Positions 24,091-37,715 of a stretch of DNA of 64,000 nucleotides are shown here, one piece after another. Position 1 is the first letter of the stretch, and every line of letters starts with the position of its first letter. The translations under genes and the position numbers were made by a program. The DNA lies in assembly GCA_951406725.2 (NCBI GenBank), contig OX597823.1, forward strand, positions 111,166,001-111,230,000. Direction: 5' to 3'. The notes beneath the pieces were generated by a model. The model made no database searches. It was not told where the DNA came from and worked only from the letters and a program-made list of their open reading frames with translations. The stretch comes from Octopus vulgaris. Lineage: Eukaryota.

Positions 24091-27000
24091 GTAGAGTATA
24101 TCTACTTGTAGAAATTCTGTTGTGGTTATTCCGAAGTAGAAGTTAGCCATTATCAAGAGCAACTGAGATATTATCAAAATAAAACTTGTCAAATGCTTGC
24201 GGTGAGAATAAAAAATTAAAATTGCAACTTGTTTGCAACCAGCACTTGTTACTAAGTAAGAAAGAGAGAGGGAGAGAGAGGGAGGATATGTCTTTATAAA
24301 AAAATTAGCTTCATAGACTATTACCCTTCGATTCGTTAAAACATTATTCATGGCACAGGCAAACCAAAATGTTGGCAGTTGGAATAGAGTTTATTATTAA
24401 GAAAAAGCTTGAGAGTTTGAAGAAGAGAATTTTATAAGATAGTTTAATAATGGGATACATGTAAAGCAAAGTTATAGCATTAGTTATTATTACTTAGTGT
24501 GAAAGAAGTTAACCAGTCATTGATCAAAAACATTGTTCTTTTTTTTTTTTGTAACGAAGCGAATGAATAGGGAAAGAAGACTAAATGACTAGTATCTATT
24601 ACACAAATGTCTAAAATGTCTAGACAGAAAAGATAATGAGAGAATGGTAAAAACTATTGCAAAAACCTGTATCAACAGTGTTCATTTCCTCTGCATAAAA
24701 GCAAGACATTTAATTCTCTTACCTCTCTTCATTTGTGTTAATACTGTTAAACAATGTTAAACGAGTATGTAAAAATGTATAGGAGGCAGGAAATCTTCAA
24801 AACGGAAAATGTAAAATATGTTAGTTAAGTTATTTTGTGCATGTGAGAAGTATACATTATTAAAAGTGTTATGAGGAATCAAAGTCTCATGGGAGAGAGT
24901 ACTGAACTGTAATTATGACAAAAAACAATTGTATGGTATGTTTAGAACAATTTTAAAATAGACTGGTAGTTAAAGAAACAGACAACATATCATTTAATGT
25001 TTAAAATATTCGACATAATGAAATAATAGCTAAACCTTCAAAGCATCACATGAAGCAGATATTTTTAAAATGTAATTTTTAAAAATTATTGATTTCCATC
25101 AGCATAATTGTAATCCTAACCCCTGGGACTTTGTTATTTTGTTAGACTTTCGATAAGTATTTTTGAATGTGCAAAGTAATCAGCCAACACAAAAAACTGC
25201 AGTTTGTTAAAAAGTAAACTTTCATTACACAGCAGTATAATTAAGTCATCACATGAATTATCCCTATATTCAGGTCTATGTGCATGTGTAAGAGAGTGTC
25301 TTTCTATTCTCTAGAAAATATATCAAGTCAGTGAGAGAGTTCTTTAGATATGTGTACTTGTGATAACATGTACTGTGAGTCTCTAGTGAGCAAGTTGTGC
25401 GAGAACTGCTCTTCCATAATGTAATTCTGTCTCAATGCATTCTGTGAATCGCAAATAAATGTCTAGAGTAAATGAAAATGATATTGCGTGAGAGAAAAAG
25501 CATGTGAAATAAATCAACTTTGGATTCATAAATCCAGAGAGAAAAGAAAATACAAAAGAAATACTTGTTACTAAGCAACAGGTAGGAAAAGACGTTTAAA
25601 ATGGTTTAAACTTTAAAATGAGTTAAAAAGAAGTAAAAATAAACCAATTCATTGCTGGAATAAGTAATAGAATAGAAAACTGTCCATGATATTGTCTTTG
25701 TGTAAATCTAGAACTGTGACAATAATTCGATGGATCTTGCTGTATTTTTGTTCTTTTTTTTAAAAAAAATTCTATAGAAAAATACTAATTCCACATTTAT
25801 ATTTGTTATTGTTGAAGTGTTCCATGCAAGAAATGGTGGAACATCTGAGTCACAGTTAGTTTGATCAATGTTGTTCTTAACTGGTGATTGTTGCATCTTA
25901 AGTGATTATTTTTTCTGAGTGAAGCAAATCAGTGAAATTTTGATATTTTTCAACTATGAACACAGCTAGTTACATACATCAACAGCAAAAATGAAAGCAT
26001 TTGAAGGCTGACTGAAAAACTGTAGAGTTGTGAAAGCATTGTAAAACAAGCGGTGGACAATTATGTAAAAAATGGAAAATGTTCCAAGCTAGTGCACTCA
26101 AAAAATGTCAGATTAAAGAAAATATTTAAAAGTCTGGTCTATAATACGGGATATCTAAAGGCTAATTCATATGCACAACAATAAAAAACTGTATTTAATT
26201 CTCTTATTTAGCAAGGGAATATATATCTTGGTTGTGTTTACTGGTGTTATGAAACAACAATAATTCTATTGAATGCAATGTGAGAACAAAGGTTAAATAT
26301 AGAGCTCAAACATTGAAAATGCATGATATTAATTTGCAATAGCATATATGAACGCATTTTTAAAAATGTGCCTTGAAAGGTAAATTGGAAAATATAAGCT
26401 GCAAAGATGATGTAGAAAAAGGAACATAAATATTTTCATACTTTTGTGTCAATGTAAAGTTAAATGTGCTGAAGTTAAATAGAGACATCTTCAATGCGGA
26501 AAATTCTGTTGAGGCTAGGCCAAGGTAGAACTTAGTTGCTATCAAGAGAGAGTGAAATACAAGCAAAATCAAAAAAGAAAAAAAAAACCTGCCGCATAAT
26601 TGTTGTCTGTATAAAAAGTCCGAAGCATAAAGAGAGACTTGCTAGTGTCAAGAGAATATTGTCAAATAAAGAGACAGGGTAGATTTTCAAATGCCTTTTA
26701 TAAGAAAATTAGCTCCTTAGAATAGTTTTTCCTACCCTTGTCTTGACATCATGTGATAGTTATAAATGTATATCACAGTCATTATGAGTGATGCTGTTTG
26801 ATTCCAGTCTTCCATAAAAGAAAACATTTGGACATGAGGAAATATTGCCTTGAAACAGGAGAGAGCTGGCAACAACAGAAGTATCTGACCAGAGAAAGAT
26901 CTGACCAGAGAAAGTTTGCCTCAATGACTTTTGTCTGACCCATAAAAAACATGAAAAATGGTGATGATGATATGTGTATATACATGTCTGTCTTTGAGTG

Positions 27001-28311
27001 TTAATATTCTCTGAAGATTTTGGTATCTGTGTTTGCATTCCATAACTTATCAATGTCAGAAACAAAAGGGGTTTGCAAAAATATATGCTGGATTCAACAT
27101 ATCTGATTAAATCCCCTTTGAAGCAGCACCACAGCATGGCTATAATCTGGTGACCGAGAGAGAGAGAGAGAGAGAGAGAGAGGTAAACTAAAATGATAAA
27201 AAGAAAAAAATAACATATTTAAAGATAAAAACAGGAAACAAAGAAAAACAGTAGAAGATGACCAGACTAGATGAGACCCTAGCGAAACAACTGATATCCA
27301 GACACAACACAAATGTACTTTTGACCCTGACACATAACAGACAAACAAAACAAAACAAAAAAAAAAAACAGATAACAACAGAATAATCAGTGTCAATGCG
27401 AAGAAAATAAAAACAGAAGCAATAAACAAATTAGAAGATAATAATTGACCATAACAAAATCAATTAGTGTGTATTAATGAAAAAATTCTCCAAGCTATAA
27501 ATAATGAAACATCTTCAGTAAATAATTGCCAGATTAACACCAAACCTTCCCTACTTCACCACAGAAACAAATTGAAACATTAATATGCTAAATAAGCTAG
27601 TTTTCATAGTAGCAGTAGTGGTGGGTGTAGTAGTGGTGGTATTGGCGGCAGTGCTGGTAGTGGTGGTGATTGAAGGGTGATAGTAGTAGTAGCAGTGTAG
27701 TGGTAGTAGTAGCAGTAGCGGTGGTGGTGGTGGTGGTGGCAACAGCAGTGTTGGCAGTGGTGTTGGCAGAAGAAAAAGGTGGTCAGGTGGTGATGATGGT
27801 GGTAGTGGTGGTAGTAGTAGTAGTCGTTGTAGGAGGAACGCAGGAGGAGGAGGTGTAAGTTTTATGTCACAATATATCTTGCTTTGTCAGAATTAACATA
27901 TTTCTATTAAAACAATGAGATAATTACTTATAATTATGTGGTTAGAGAAAAATATAAATATTTTCACTCATTAAATATTATTGTAATTAATTCAGTTACT
28001 AGAGGGAAAAGCATGCCAGGTATGTTTCAGTCTTATTGTGGCCTTATTAGCAAAGCATAGACTTCCTTGTACTTACCAAAGTAATGATTGATGAATCATT
28101 AAATAAATGCACAATGGCTACTTATGATATATAAAATTGTTTAAGTATAGCATCTCCAAGACATCTTCAGTAAGAGTAGACAATAGTTAAGTAACGGTTA
28201 TTAAGATGGTTGATTGCTTGTTTTAAACTCTTTATAGTCAGAGTTCAAATCCCACAGAGTCAACTTTGTGTTTCATTCTTTTATAGTTGATAATATAGCA
28301 CTAGTTAAAAA

Positions 28312-28526
28312 GTGGCAAGGTGGCAGAAATGTTAGCACGCCAGGCGAAATGTTTAGTGGGATTTCGTCTGTCTTTACGTTCTGAGTTCAAATTCTGTCGA
28401 GGTCAACTTTGCCTTTCAGCATTTTGGGATCAACGAATTAAGTACCAGTTGCATTCAGGGGTTAATCTAATTGACTTCCCCCTTCCCCAAAAGTTTCGGG
28501 CCTTGTGCCAAGAATAGAAAAGAATA
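28312..28526 (+). mobile_element. SINE family A (variant tail)
   Basis: GTGGCAAGGTGGCAGAAATGTTAGC..GAGTTCAAATTC; flanking duplication AATATAGCACTAGT. Confidence 0.85.
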
Positions 28527-28707
28527 TAGCACTAGTCAAATCATTAATACAGCACTTGCTCTAATCCTTCAGAATTATTCGGTGAGACAATCTAAGACTA
28601 GTGTTCATCGTGTGCCTCACCTTCAAAAACTCCAGTGATGAGCTGCCCAGTACAAAGTGGTTTAAAAATAAGAATAACAAAAGTAAAAAAAAGGGAGCTC
28701 CCACATA

Positions 28708-28975
28708 AGGCATAGGAGTAGCTGAGTGGTAAGTAGCTTGCTTACCAACCACATGGCTCCAGATTCAGTCCCACTGCGTGGCACCTTGAGCAGCTGTCTT
28801 CTTCTATAGCCTTGGGCTGACCAAAGCCTTGTGAGTGGATTTGGTAGATAGAAAGTGAAAGCAGCCCGTCGTATGTATGTATGTATATGTATGTATATAT
28901 ATATATATATGTATATATATACCGTGTGTATATGTGTGCGTGTAGGTGCTCAGTGCCTCTCTGAAAGAGAGAGAG

Positions 28976-29012
<37 letters not shown>

Positions 29013-29572
29013 ATGTGTGGAGACGCAATGGCCCAGTGATTGGGGCAGCGGACTCGTGGTTGTAGGATCGTGATTTCGATTCCCAGACCAGGCATTGTGA
29101 GTTGTTTATTGAGCAAAAACACCTAAAGCTCCACGAGGCTCCGTCAGGGGGTGGTGGCGATCCCTGCTGTACTCTTTCGCCACAACTTTCTCTCACTCTT
29201 TCTTCTGTTGGCCTGCTCGCTTAGCCAGCGGAGTGGCGTCGTTTGAAGGCGAAAACAATGCAAAGCACATTGTGACCAGTGATGTGTAACAACATCTAAT
29301 AGCCTGGTTGGTCATGGGGATCACAGTGACGGTGATATATATTTATGTATATGTTTGCGTGTCTGTGTTTGTCTCCCACCATCACTTGACAGCTGATATT
29401 GGTGTGTTTACGTCCCCATAACTTAGCGGTTCAGCAAAAGAAAACAATAGAATAAGTACTAGGCTTGCAAAGAATAAGTCCTGGGGTCAGTTTGTTCAAC
29501 TAAAGGCAGTGCTCCAGCATGATCGCAGTCAAATAAATGGCTGAAACAAATAAAAGAATAAAAGAAAAGAAA
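28708..29572 (+). mobile_element. SINE family B with a nested family E SINE
   Basis: Head about 28708-28875, tail about 29350-29572, insert within the microsatellite tract. Confidence 0.85.
29018..29335 (+). mobile_element. SINE family E (tRNA-Arg(TCG)-like head)
   Basis: GGAGACGCAATGGCCCAGTG..GCGGACTCGTGGTTG..GATTTCGATTCCC. Confidence 0.8.
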
Positions 29573-29914
29573 AGAACATACAAGTGTTTGTGTGTGTGTG
29601 TGTGTATGTGTGTATGTGCGTGTGTGTGTGTGTGATGGAATGTATAAAAAAAACACAAAACAACAAAACCTTTTTACCAACACACAAGTCTGCCTTTCCT
29701 TGGCAAAACCAAATATTGGGGTCAGGTTTTAGCCCAAGGCCAGAAATGTTGGTGGAGAAGGTAAATCAATCACATTGACCCCAGTGCTTTACTCGAACTT
29801 ATTTTATTGACCCCAAAAAGATAAAAGGCAAAGTCAACCTCAGCAGAATTTGTACTCAGAGCATGAAGACAAACGAAATGCTTTATTTAAATTATTTACG
29901 GATATTTCTCTGCA

Positions 29915-29955
29915 TCTTGTTTCGGCTGATATACCCTCCAGCCTTCTTCAGGTGT
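29915..29955 (-). ncRNA. Hammerhead ribozyme, 3'-deleted copy
   Basis: ACAC-CUGAAGA-A-GGCUG(GAGGGUAUAU)CAGCC-GAAAC; stem III and the 3' strand of stem I are missing relative to the other arm. Confidence 0.7.
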
Positions 29956-30136
29956 CTTAGGGAAATTTTGAACCTGGGTTCTCATTCTTAAGGTATTTTT
30001 CAATGTTATTATTATTAATATTATTGTTATTGTTCAGGTCACTGCTTGGAATTGAACTCAGAATCTTGGAGTTAGTAGCCTGTGCTCTTAACCACTATGC
30101 CATATGCCTGCGAGCATATGGCGTAGTGACCTGAAC

Positions 30137-30167
<31 letters not shown>

Positions 30168-30236
30168 GAAATAATAATAATAACAACATCGAAAAATATC
30201 TTAGGAATCAAAACCAAGGTCCAAAATTTCCCCAAG

Positions 30237-30278
30237 ACACCTGAAGAAGGCTGGAGAGTATACCAGCCAAAACGTGTT
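30237..30278 (+). ncRNA. Hammerhead ribozyme, decayed copy
   Basis: ACAC-CUGAAGA-A-GGCUGG(AGAGUAUA)CCAGCC-AAAA-C-GUGU; stem I ACAC/GUGU; G12 changed to A at a CpG and cleavage triplet lost. Confidence 0.7.
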
Positions 30279-30551
30279 AACAACAAACAAGATGAGGACA
30301 AATATCCATCGAATGTAAATAATGTAAATAATGTACATAATTCTTCATCTCTTAAATATAGAAGAGATGAAATGCTGCTAAGCATTTCCCCCAGTGTGCT
30401 AACGATTCTGCCAGCTTACTGCCTTAGGGAAACCAAATATTATAATAAACTATGACCCATGAATAATTTCTTACACAGGCATAAATCTTCAGATCTTGAA
30501 ATGTGTAATGTCAATTACATCATCCTCAGTTCTTTGCTTGATGCTATACTT

Positions 30552-30872
30552 CATCATCATCATCATCATCGTTTAACGTCCGTTTTCCGCGCTAGCATGG
30601 GTTGGACGGTTCGACAGGGGTCTGGGAAGCCAGGGGCTCTACCAGGCTCCGGTCTGATCTGGCAGTGTTTCTACAGCTGGATGCCCTTCCTAATACCAAG
30701 CACTCCGTGAGTGTAGTGGGTACTTTTTACGTGCCACCGGCACAGGTGCCAGGGGAGTCTGGCATTGGCCATGATCGGTTGGTGCTTTTAACGTGTCACC
30801 AGCACGGAACCCAGCCAAGGCGGCGCTGGCATCGGCCACGTTCAGATGGTGCTTTTTATGTGCCACCGGCAC
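30552..30872 (-). mobile_element. RTE-LINE-type 3' tail (family C)
   Basis: (CAT)n-CGTTTAACGTCCG plus ~60-bp subrepeats. Confidence 0.9.
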
Positions 30873-31274
30873 AACCAAATGGATGGATGGCTATGTCTAC
30901 CTTGGTGAACCTTGATGTCAGAATCTGAAAGATAGATATTTAAATACAGCTCGGTATTTGGACTACCACACTACAGAGTTTGTTTATTCGACTGTCTTAT
31001 ATCAGTTGTAATGATTGCTAATTTGGACACATGAACACACAATTCATGGACAGTAGATATTCATTTGTATCAGCCCCATTGCATGACTGGTACTTTATTG
31101 ATTATGACAAAGTAAATATGGAACTTGAACCTGGCAGGATTTGAACTCAGACATTAAAGGGAAGCAACTAAATGCTGTATGACAACTCTCTTCGTGTTTT
31201 ACCAATATACAATTATAGTTGAAAGACATTAGTGTCCACTTTGAAATGAAAATAATAACCACAATAAATAGAAT

Positions 31275-31308
<34 letters not shown>

Positions 31309-31948
31309 TAGTAGTAGTGCTGCTGGTGGTGGTTGGTAGTAGTAGTAGTAGTAGAGGTGGTGGTAGTCATCCCCAGAAATAGGAAAACAACTGCATAAGT
31401 CAACACCATTCTTGATATAAGCACAAGCAAACTTACAAAGGAATACGGTCTTCCTATATCGCCTTATTGCCTTACTATTCACATTTATGCATAAATATAT
31501 ATATATTCATACATGCACACATACATACTGTATATATGTGTAGATACATGCACACATACATACTGTATATTTATAATATCCTGTATATATCCTTGCTGTG
31601 TATATAAGTCATATATATTCTTCCTGGCTTATTTTTCTAAAGGATAATACAAAAGTTGAATAAACAGCTTCAGTCTTTGGTTCCATGAAAATAATAGATT
31701 TTGCTTTCTGCTACAAACACAAATGGACTCTATAAACATCTTTGTTCCCTGCATACACCTAATTGCAAAGTGATATATACACACACACATACATATACAT
31801 ACATATATATATATTCATTAGTCTCTCTCACACACACACGCACACATGTTAGACAAACATGTATACATGCCTACTACACAAATTGTTTTGTATAATTGTC
31901 ATATTTACATGCTCCAATATATCAAAATGGACCTGTGTATGTATATGA

Positions 31949-32007
<59 letters not shown>

Positions 32008-32102
32008 TACGTATATATATGCATATATTTATATATATATATACATACATATATATATATATATATACATACATATATATACATATATATACATATATAT
32101 AT

Positions 32103-32159
<57 letters not shown>

Positions 32160-32213
32160 TGTATATTTATATATGTATATGTATATATATATGTATATTT
32201 ATATATGTATATG

Positions 32214-32319
<106 letters not shown>

Positions 32320-33629
32320 TGTGTGTCTGTGTTCATGTTATTTCAAGTTATGGTTTTTACCTTAGCTTCTTTTTGATAAGTATCTTATTAACCGTCCATA
32401 CCATCTGTACCATTCCATTATATTCTGTTGCATTCCAATTTTTACCTTTGTTTACTAATGACTAATTCTTCCCAAATTCTTTACTCTATAAACGGTAACC
32501 ATCTTCTTCCCCCTCCACCACCACTGCTGCCACCGCCGCTACCGCTGCCAACAACAACAGCAGCAGCAACAACCAATTTTATTTTCAATTCTTACAACAT
32601 TGTTTGTCATCATTTCCGAATGTCTTTGAATGTTGACTCATTTCAATCTTCAGAATTTTATCGTACTGCACAACAACTGCAGCTTCAATAGTAACAACAA
32701 CAACAACAACAATAGCTGCAATAACAATTACAACAACATCTATTAACATCAACAATAGCTACAAGAACTTAACGAAACCCACTACAAGAAGCCAACAAGG
32801 GATTCACAATGTGATTGCCTGACCTTCTAGTAACAAAAACCAAATCTCTCTCTCATAGTATACTATAGTCTAAAACAAAATAAAATGACTCAGACAATAT
32901 ACTCACAAAAACAGACATGATGGTCATGGCTGGAATGTCATTTAATGATAGATATGTTTTATGAGGCCACATCTTGGACTAAACAGCAACACTAATAATG
33001 AAAGTAGCTAAACTGAATTTTATTATAAATACTTGGGCAAGTGTCTTCTGCTATAGCCTCAGGCTTGTGAGCGGATTTGATCGACAAAAACTGAAAGAAG
33101 CCTGTTGTATATATATATATGTGTGTATATATAATTAATAATATTAAAGGGTAATCAGAAATATTAGAAATTTCCATTACCAGTGGCCTAGCGTGTAAAA
33201 ATTTAGTCAATGGACTATATATTATTCATATAAATACAGTGTACATTTAAACACATAAGAGGCATCCATTATAGGACTCCTTGCACGCTAGAGAGAACAG
33301 TTAAATTCCAAACCACTATTATGGATAAAATTTTGAAGGGAATGAAAAATAAAAACAGTTACCATCTAACTCCTGAACCAATGGTTTCAGACTTTTTTTT
33401 TAGCAAATAAAATAATTTGCTAGGTGAAGTCTTCTTCAGCAGGTACACCTTAGATTAAATATATATGCACGAAGCAATCCAGTATATGCCCTGTGCTTAT
33501 ACATTCTAAAATCTCAAATCTACCGTGCAAGTAGAGCTCCTTGTCAGCAGTGTATGTGTATGTGTGTGTGAGTGTGTGCATACATGCATGTATGTATATA
33601 TGTGCATATGTATATGTAAGTATATTTAA

Positions 33630-34252
33630 GTGCAGGCATGGCTGTGTGGAAAGAAGCTTGTTTCTCAACCACAGTTCCAGGTTCAGTCCCACTGTGTAGC
33701 ACCTTGGGCAAGTGTCTTCCACTATAGCCTCAAGCCAACCAAAGCCTTGTGAGTTGATGTGGTAGACAGAACCTAAAAGGAGCTCATTGTATGTATATAC
33801 TTATATTTACATCTATACATTTATTTTAGACCATTAGATCCTACATGCATTTTTTCCTTCCTTGTTTCTCTTCTTGTTTCTTTTCTGTGTATCTTTCTGT
33901 TGAAGAGCGTAGGCTCGAAACGTAAAAGACTTGTTCTATTTCTATTCCTGAGCTCCATACTAATACATTTGTTTGCTTGTACTCCACCTGCCTTCGTCTT
34001 TTGTTTATTTTCGTAAACCTTCCCGTTATATATATATATATATATATGCATGTGTGTCTTTGAGTCTGTATTTGTCCCCCATCACTGGTTGACCACTGGT
34101 ATTGTAATTTGGTGGGTCAGAAAATGAAACTAATAGAATCAGTACAAGGCTTAATGGAAAAATAAGCCCAGGGATCGATTGATTTGACTGAAATTTCTTC
34201 AAGGTTATGCCCTGTCATGACTAAAGTCTAATGACTGAAACAAGTAAAAGAA
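33630..34252 (+). mobile_element. SINE family B interrupted by an HHR-like element (about 33822-34026)
   Basis: Head about 33630-33790 and tail about 34050-34252 around a ~205-bp insert homologous to 11971-12185. Confidence 0.85.
33892..33929 (+). ncRNA. Hammerhead-like motif with CUGUUGA core, best-preserved copy
   Basis: UCUUU-CUGUUGA-A-GAGC(GUAG)GCUC-GAAA-CGUA-AAAGA: 5-bp stem I, 4-bp stem II, palindromic ACGU stem III, GUA site. Confidence 0.8.
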
Positions 34253-34745
34253 AGGAAAAAAAGTAACATAAAAGATGAACTGCTTCTGGTAGTGGGTCCT
34301 AGTTTGGGAGTGTTACATACAGAGAGAGAGAGAGAGAGAGGTGGAGGGAGAGGGAGAGAGAAAAAGAGAGAGAGAGAGGTGGATAGATAAATAAATTAAG
34401 TCGCATCCTTATCATCATCATTTAACACCCACTTACCTTTATTTGTATTGACATGTAAGTTCACATACACAGAAACACACACACGCACTTATATATACAC
34501 ATATATACACACATATATATATATCTATATAGACATATATAGACATATATATATATATAAAGACACACAAAGATATAATGTATATGTATGTATGTACATA
34601 TGTATATATGTATATATGCATAGTTGTTCAAGATGGTGCCCCAGCATGGCCACAGCCTAATTAATGAAACAAAGAAAAGAGAAAAGATAGAAAAGATAAT
34701 GCATATATATATATATGTATACGTTTATGCATGCATATATATGTT

Positions 34746-34786
<41 letters not shown>

Positions 34787-34881
34787 ATATATATATATAT
34801 GTATATAATTTTATGTATATATATATATGTATATATATGTTTATATATATATAACTGTATGTATGTTTGTATGTATATATA

Positions 34882-34919
<38 letters not shown>

Positions 34920-35544
34920 AATAGAGAGAAGGGAGAGAGAGATACACATATGTATGTCTGTGCATTGTGCATCTATGTATGTGTTTGTGTATGAGTGTAT
35001 GTATATGTATATGTATGAATGAATTTATGCGTTGATGAGTGTGTGTTTTTGTGTCTTTGTTATTGTTGTTTCCTTTTTTGTCTGTTTGCCAAGTTCCCAT
35101 CCATCTCCTTACGGTTCCCTCCCGAACACCACCGCTACCCCACCAAACTCTCATCTCCCACTATTTCAATCCATTTCAACCACATCCATAATTAAATTGT
35201 TTTCTTATCTCGTTTACAATTGTTTCCAATCTGAAGACAGGAGACAATAATAGGTGATACAATGGTGCTCACCATCTCACCGCTTCCATGGACTTTACAT
35301 TGCCCCACATTCAGCTTTCAGTGAAGAATACAACTTGAATCCGTTTCAAAAGCCACTCCAGAATAGAAAATAAACAACAACACCAATAATAATAATAGTA
35401 AATAAAAAATGTACATAAATATGAGTAAAAGTAGAACAGAAAATAAATTTTGATGTATGTATATGGTATATGTATAACTGTGTGTCTGAATGTTTTTATA
35501 TCTATCTATCTATCCATCTGTATGCCTCTGTCTTTCTTTGTCAT

Positions 35545-35576
<32 letters not shown>

Positions 35577-35942
35577 CCCCTTCTCTGTCTGTCTCTCTCT
35601 TCCTCTCTCTCTCACTCTCTCTCTCTTTTTCTCTTTATGTAGCCATATGTGTGCATGTGTGTGTTTATATGTATGTGTATGAAACCTCAGAAATAAGTGT
35701 TTATATGGGTTGTTGATGATAGGAAAAACGAAATGAAATAGGACTGACTAAAGTGGCGGGGCATGATGAAGTGCCGGAGAGGAGTGGGGGAAATGGTCTA
35801 GATATTCTGCAGTGGTTGTGGTGGTGGTGGTGGTGGTGGAGGAGGAGGGGGAGCAATCATATAATGGAGGGTGTTGTTAAAACTCATTTCAGAAGCTTTA
35901 GTAGGTAAGAGGTAAGGGTTCATATTGAGGGTGAGATTCAAT

Positions 35943-36334
35943 ACTCTTTTACTTGTTTCAGACATTTGACTGTGGCCATGCTGGAGCACCGCCTTTAGTC
36001 AAGCAAATCGACCCCAGGACTTATTCTTTGTAAGCCTAGTACTTATTCTATCAGTCTCTTTTGCCGAACCGCTAAGTTACGGGGATGTAAACACACCAGC
36101 ATCGGTTGTCAAGCAATGTTGGGGGACAAACACAGACACACAAACACACACACACATATATATATACATATATACGATGGGCTTCTTTCAGTTTCTGTCT
36201 ACCAAATCCACTCACAAGGCTTTTGTCAGCCCAAAGCTATAGTAGAAGATACTTACCCAAGGTGCCACGCAGTGGGACTGAACCAGGAACAATGTGGTTG
36301 GTAAGCAAGCTACTTAACACATAGCCACACCTAC
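35943..36334 (-). mobile_element. SINE family B, full length
   Basis: Reverse complement of the family B consensus. Confidence 0.92.
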
Positions 36335-36490
36335 ATGTGCATATTATATTATATGTTTGTGTGAGCATGTGTGTCTATATATGCATACAAATGTGCACGC
36401 ATACACATAATCATTTTTGAAATAATTTTCCACTTTACACTTTACAAAATATTCTTATAGCAAGACGGTTCTTCTCAGACACTCACACAC

Positions 36491-36526
<36 letters not shown>

Positions 36527-36562
36527 TTTCTAAAAATTATAGTGCAGGCATATATATATATA

Positions 36563-36775
36563 TAGGCACGGGCATGGCTGTGTGGTTTAGGGATCTTGCT
36601 TCCTAACTACATGGTTTTGGGTTCAGTCCCACTGCGTGGCACTTTGGGTAAGTGTCTTCCGCTATAGCCCCGAGCCGACCGGAGCTTTGTGATTGAATTC
36701 GGTAGGCGGGAGTTACTGCCGTGTGTGTATGTGTGCGTATAGCTGCTCAGTGCCTCTCCGAAAGAGAGAGAGGGA
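36563..36775 (+). mobile_element. SINE family B, 5' part
   Basis: GGCACGGGCATGGCTGTGTGG..GGGTTCAGTCCCACTGCGTGGCAC. Confidence 0.8.
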
Positions 36776-36802
36776 TGATTGTGTGTGTTTGTTTGTATAT
36801 AC

Positions 36803-36844
<42 letters not shown>

Positions 36845-37715
36845 GTGGATATATATATACATGTGTGTGTGTTTATATATATATATATTTGAAAGTGTAT
36901 TTTGTACACTAACTATGAAATCATGTGATTTGTGGTTGAATCTGTTGCATTCCCTCGCATTCAGTACACTGTATTTATTATGGTAGTTTTGACTTTAAGA
37001 GTCCCTCATAGCATGAGGCATTTACGTGTAGTAATGCCCTTAATATAAATAAATATATTTAAAAGGAATAATTATGAATTTTTCCCTGATGAGGTTTTCA
37101 TGCTAACTATTTGATAAATTCTTATAAAGATGTTATCCTATTTTTAAGATTTTATGCATATACATATATATATATATATATACATACATACATACATACA
37201 TACATACATACATGTAGATGTAAATATGTGTGTATACATATATACATGCACACACACATACATATATTTATCTATACATTCATATGTAAATGCATGCATA
37301 CATACTCATAAATACAAATTTCAATGTACAAGTAAACACTGGTTTAATAAACAAAACAATGCTTTCTGCCTTTATTTTCTTTGCTTTTTTATTGCCTTAT
37401 ATTATTGTTTATTATTTCATAATTTTTAAAAATCTAAGATATCCTCTTCTTCCTTCCTCATCCATGTCTAACCTTCTCTGCTTACACTCTATCTTGTTGT
37501 TTACTGTCTCTTTTATACTTCCCTGTTTTGGTGGTGATGATGATGATGATGGTGGTGGTCATCTTCATGAATATCTTTATAACAATGGAATTAGCTCTTC
37601 AATAAAGACATGACATTAGTTTTTCAATAAAATAATTGAGAAACCTAAAATCTAATGATAGTTCCAAATCAAGGCATAAGGTTGGCAGTTTTGAGGAGAG
37701 AAGAATTAGTTGATA

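Larger units (their letters stand above)
29883..30368. mobile_element. Head-to-head dimer of an element with a tRNA-like head, (AAT)n linker and hammerhead tail
   Basis: Inverted arms at about 29895-30045 and 30122-30320; minus-strand A box TGGCATAGTGG and B box GTTCAATTCC at 30044-30108; GAAATGCT duplicated at both ends. Confidence 0.85.
29700..30427 (-). mobile_element. SINE family A split by a palindromic tRNA/HHR element
   Basis: Body stops at ...GACAAACGAAATGCT (about 29882) and resumes at GAAATGCTGCTAAGCATT (about 30369). Confidence 0.85.

Noticed and set aside
27262-27300. CTAGATGAGACCCTAGCGAAAC as a hammerhead
   Set aside because: The core has an insertion, and stems I-III cannot be formed convincingly.
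29018-29090. tRNA-Arg-like sequence (also 16031, 30044, 43610 and a faint head near 8580-8635)
   Set aside because: Acceptor stems are broken and the sequences run into SINE bodies, so they are SINE heads rather than tRNA genes.
37080-37140. CCCTGATGAGG as a hammerhead core
   Set aside because: No downstream GAAA box or closing helices.
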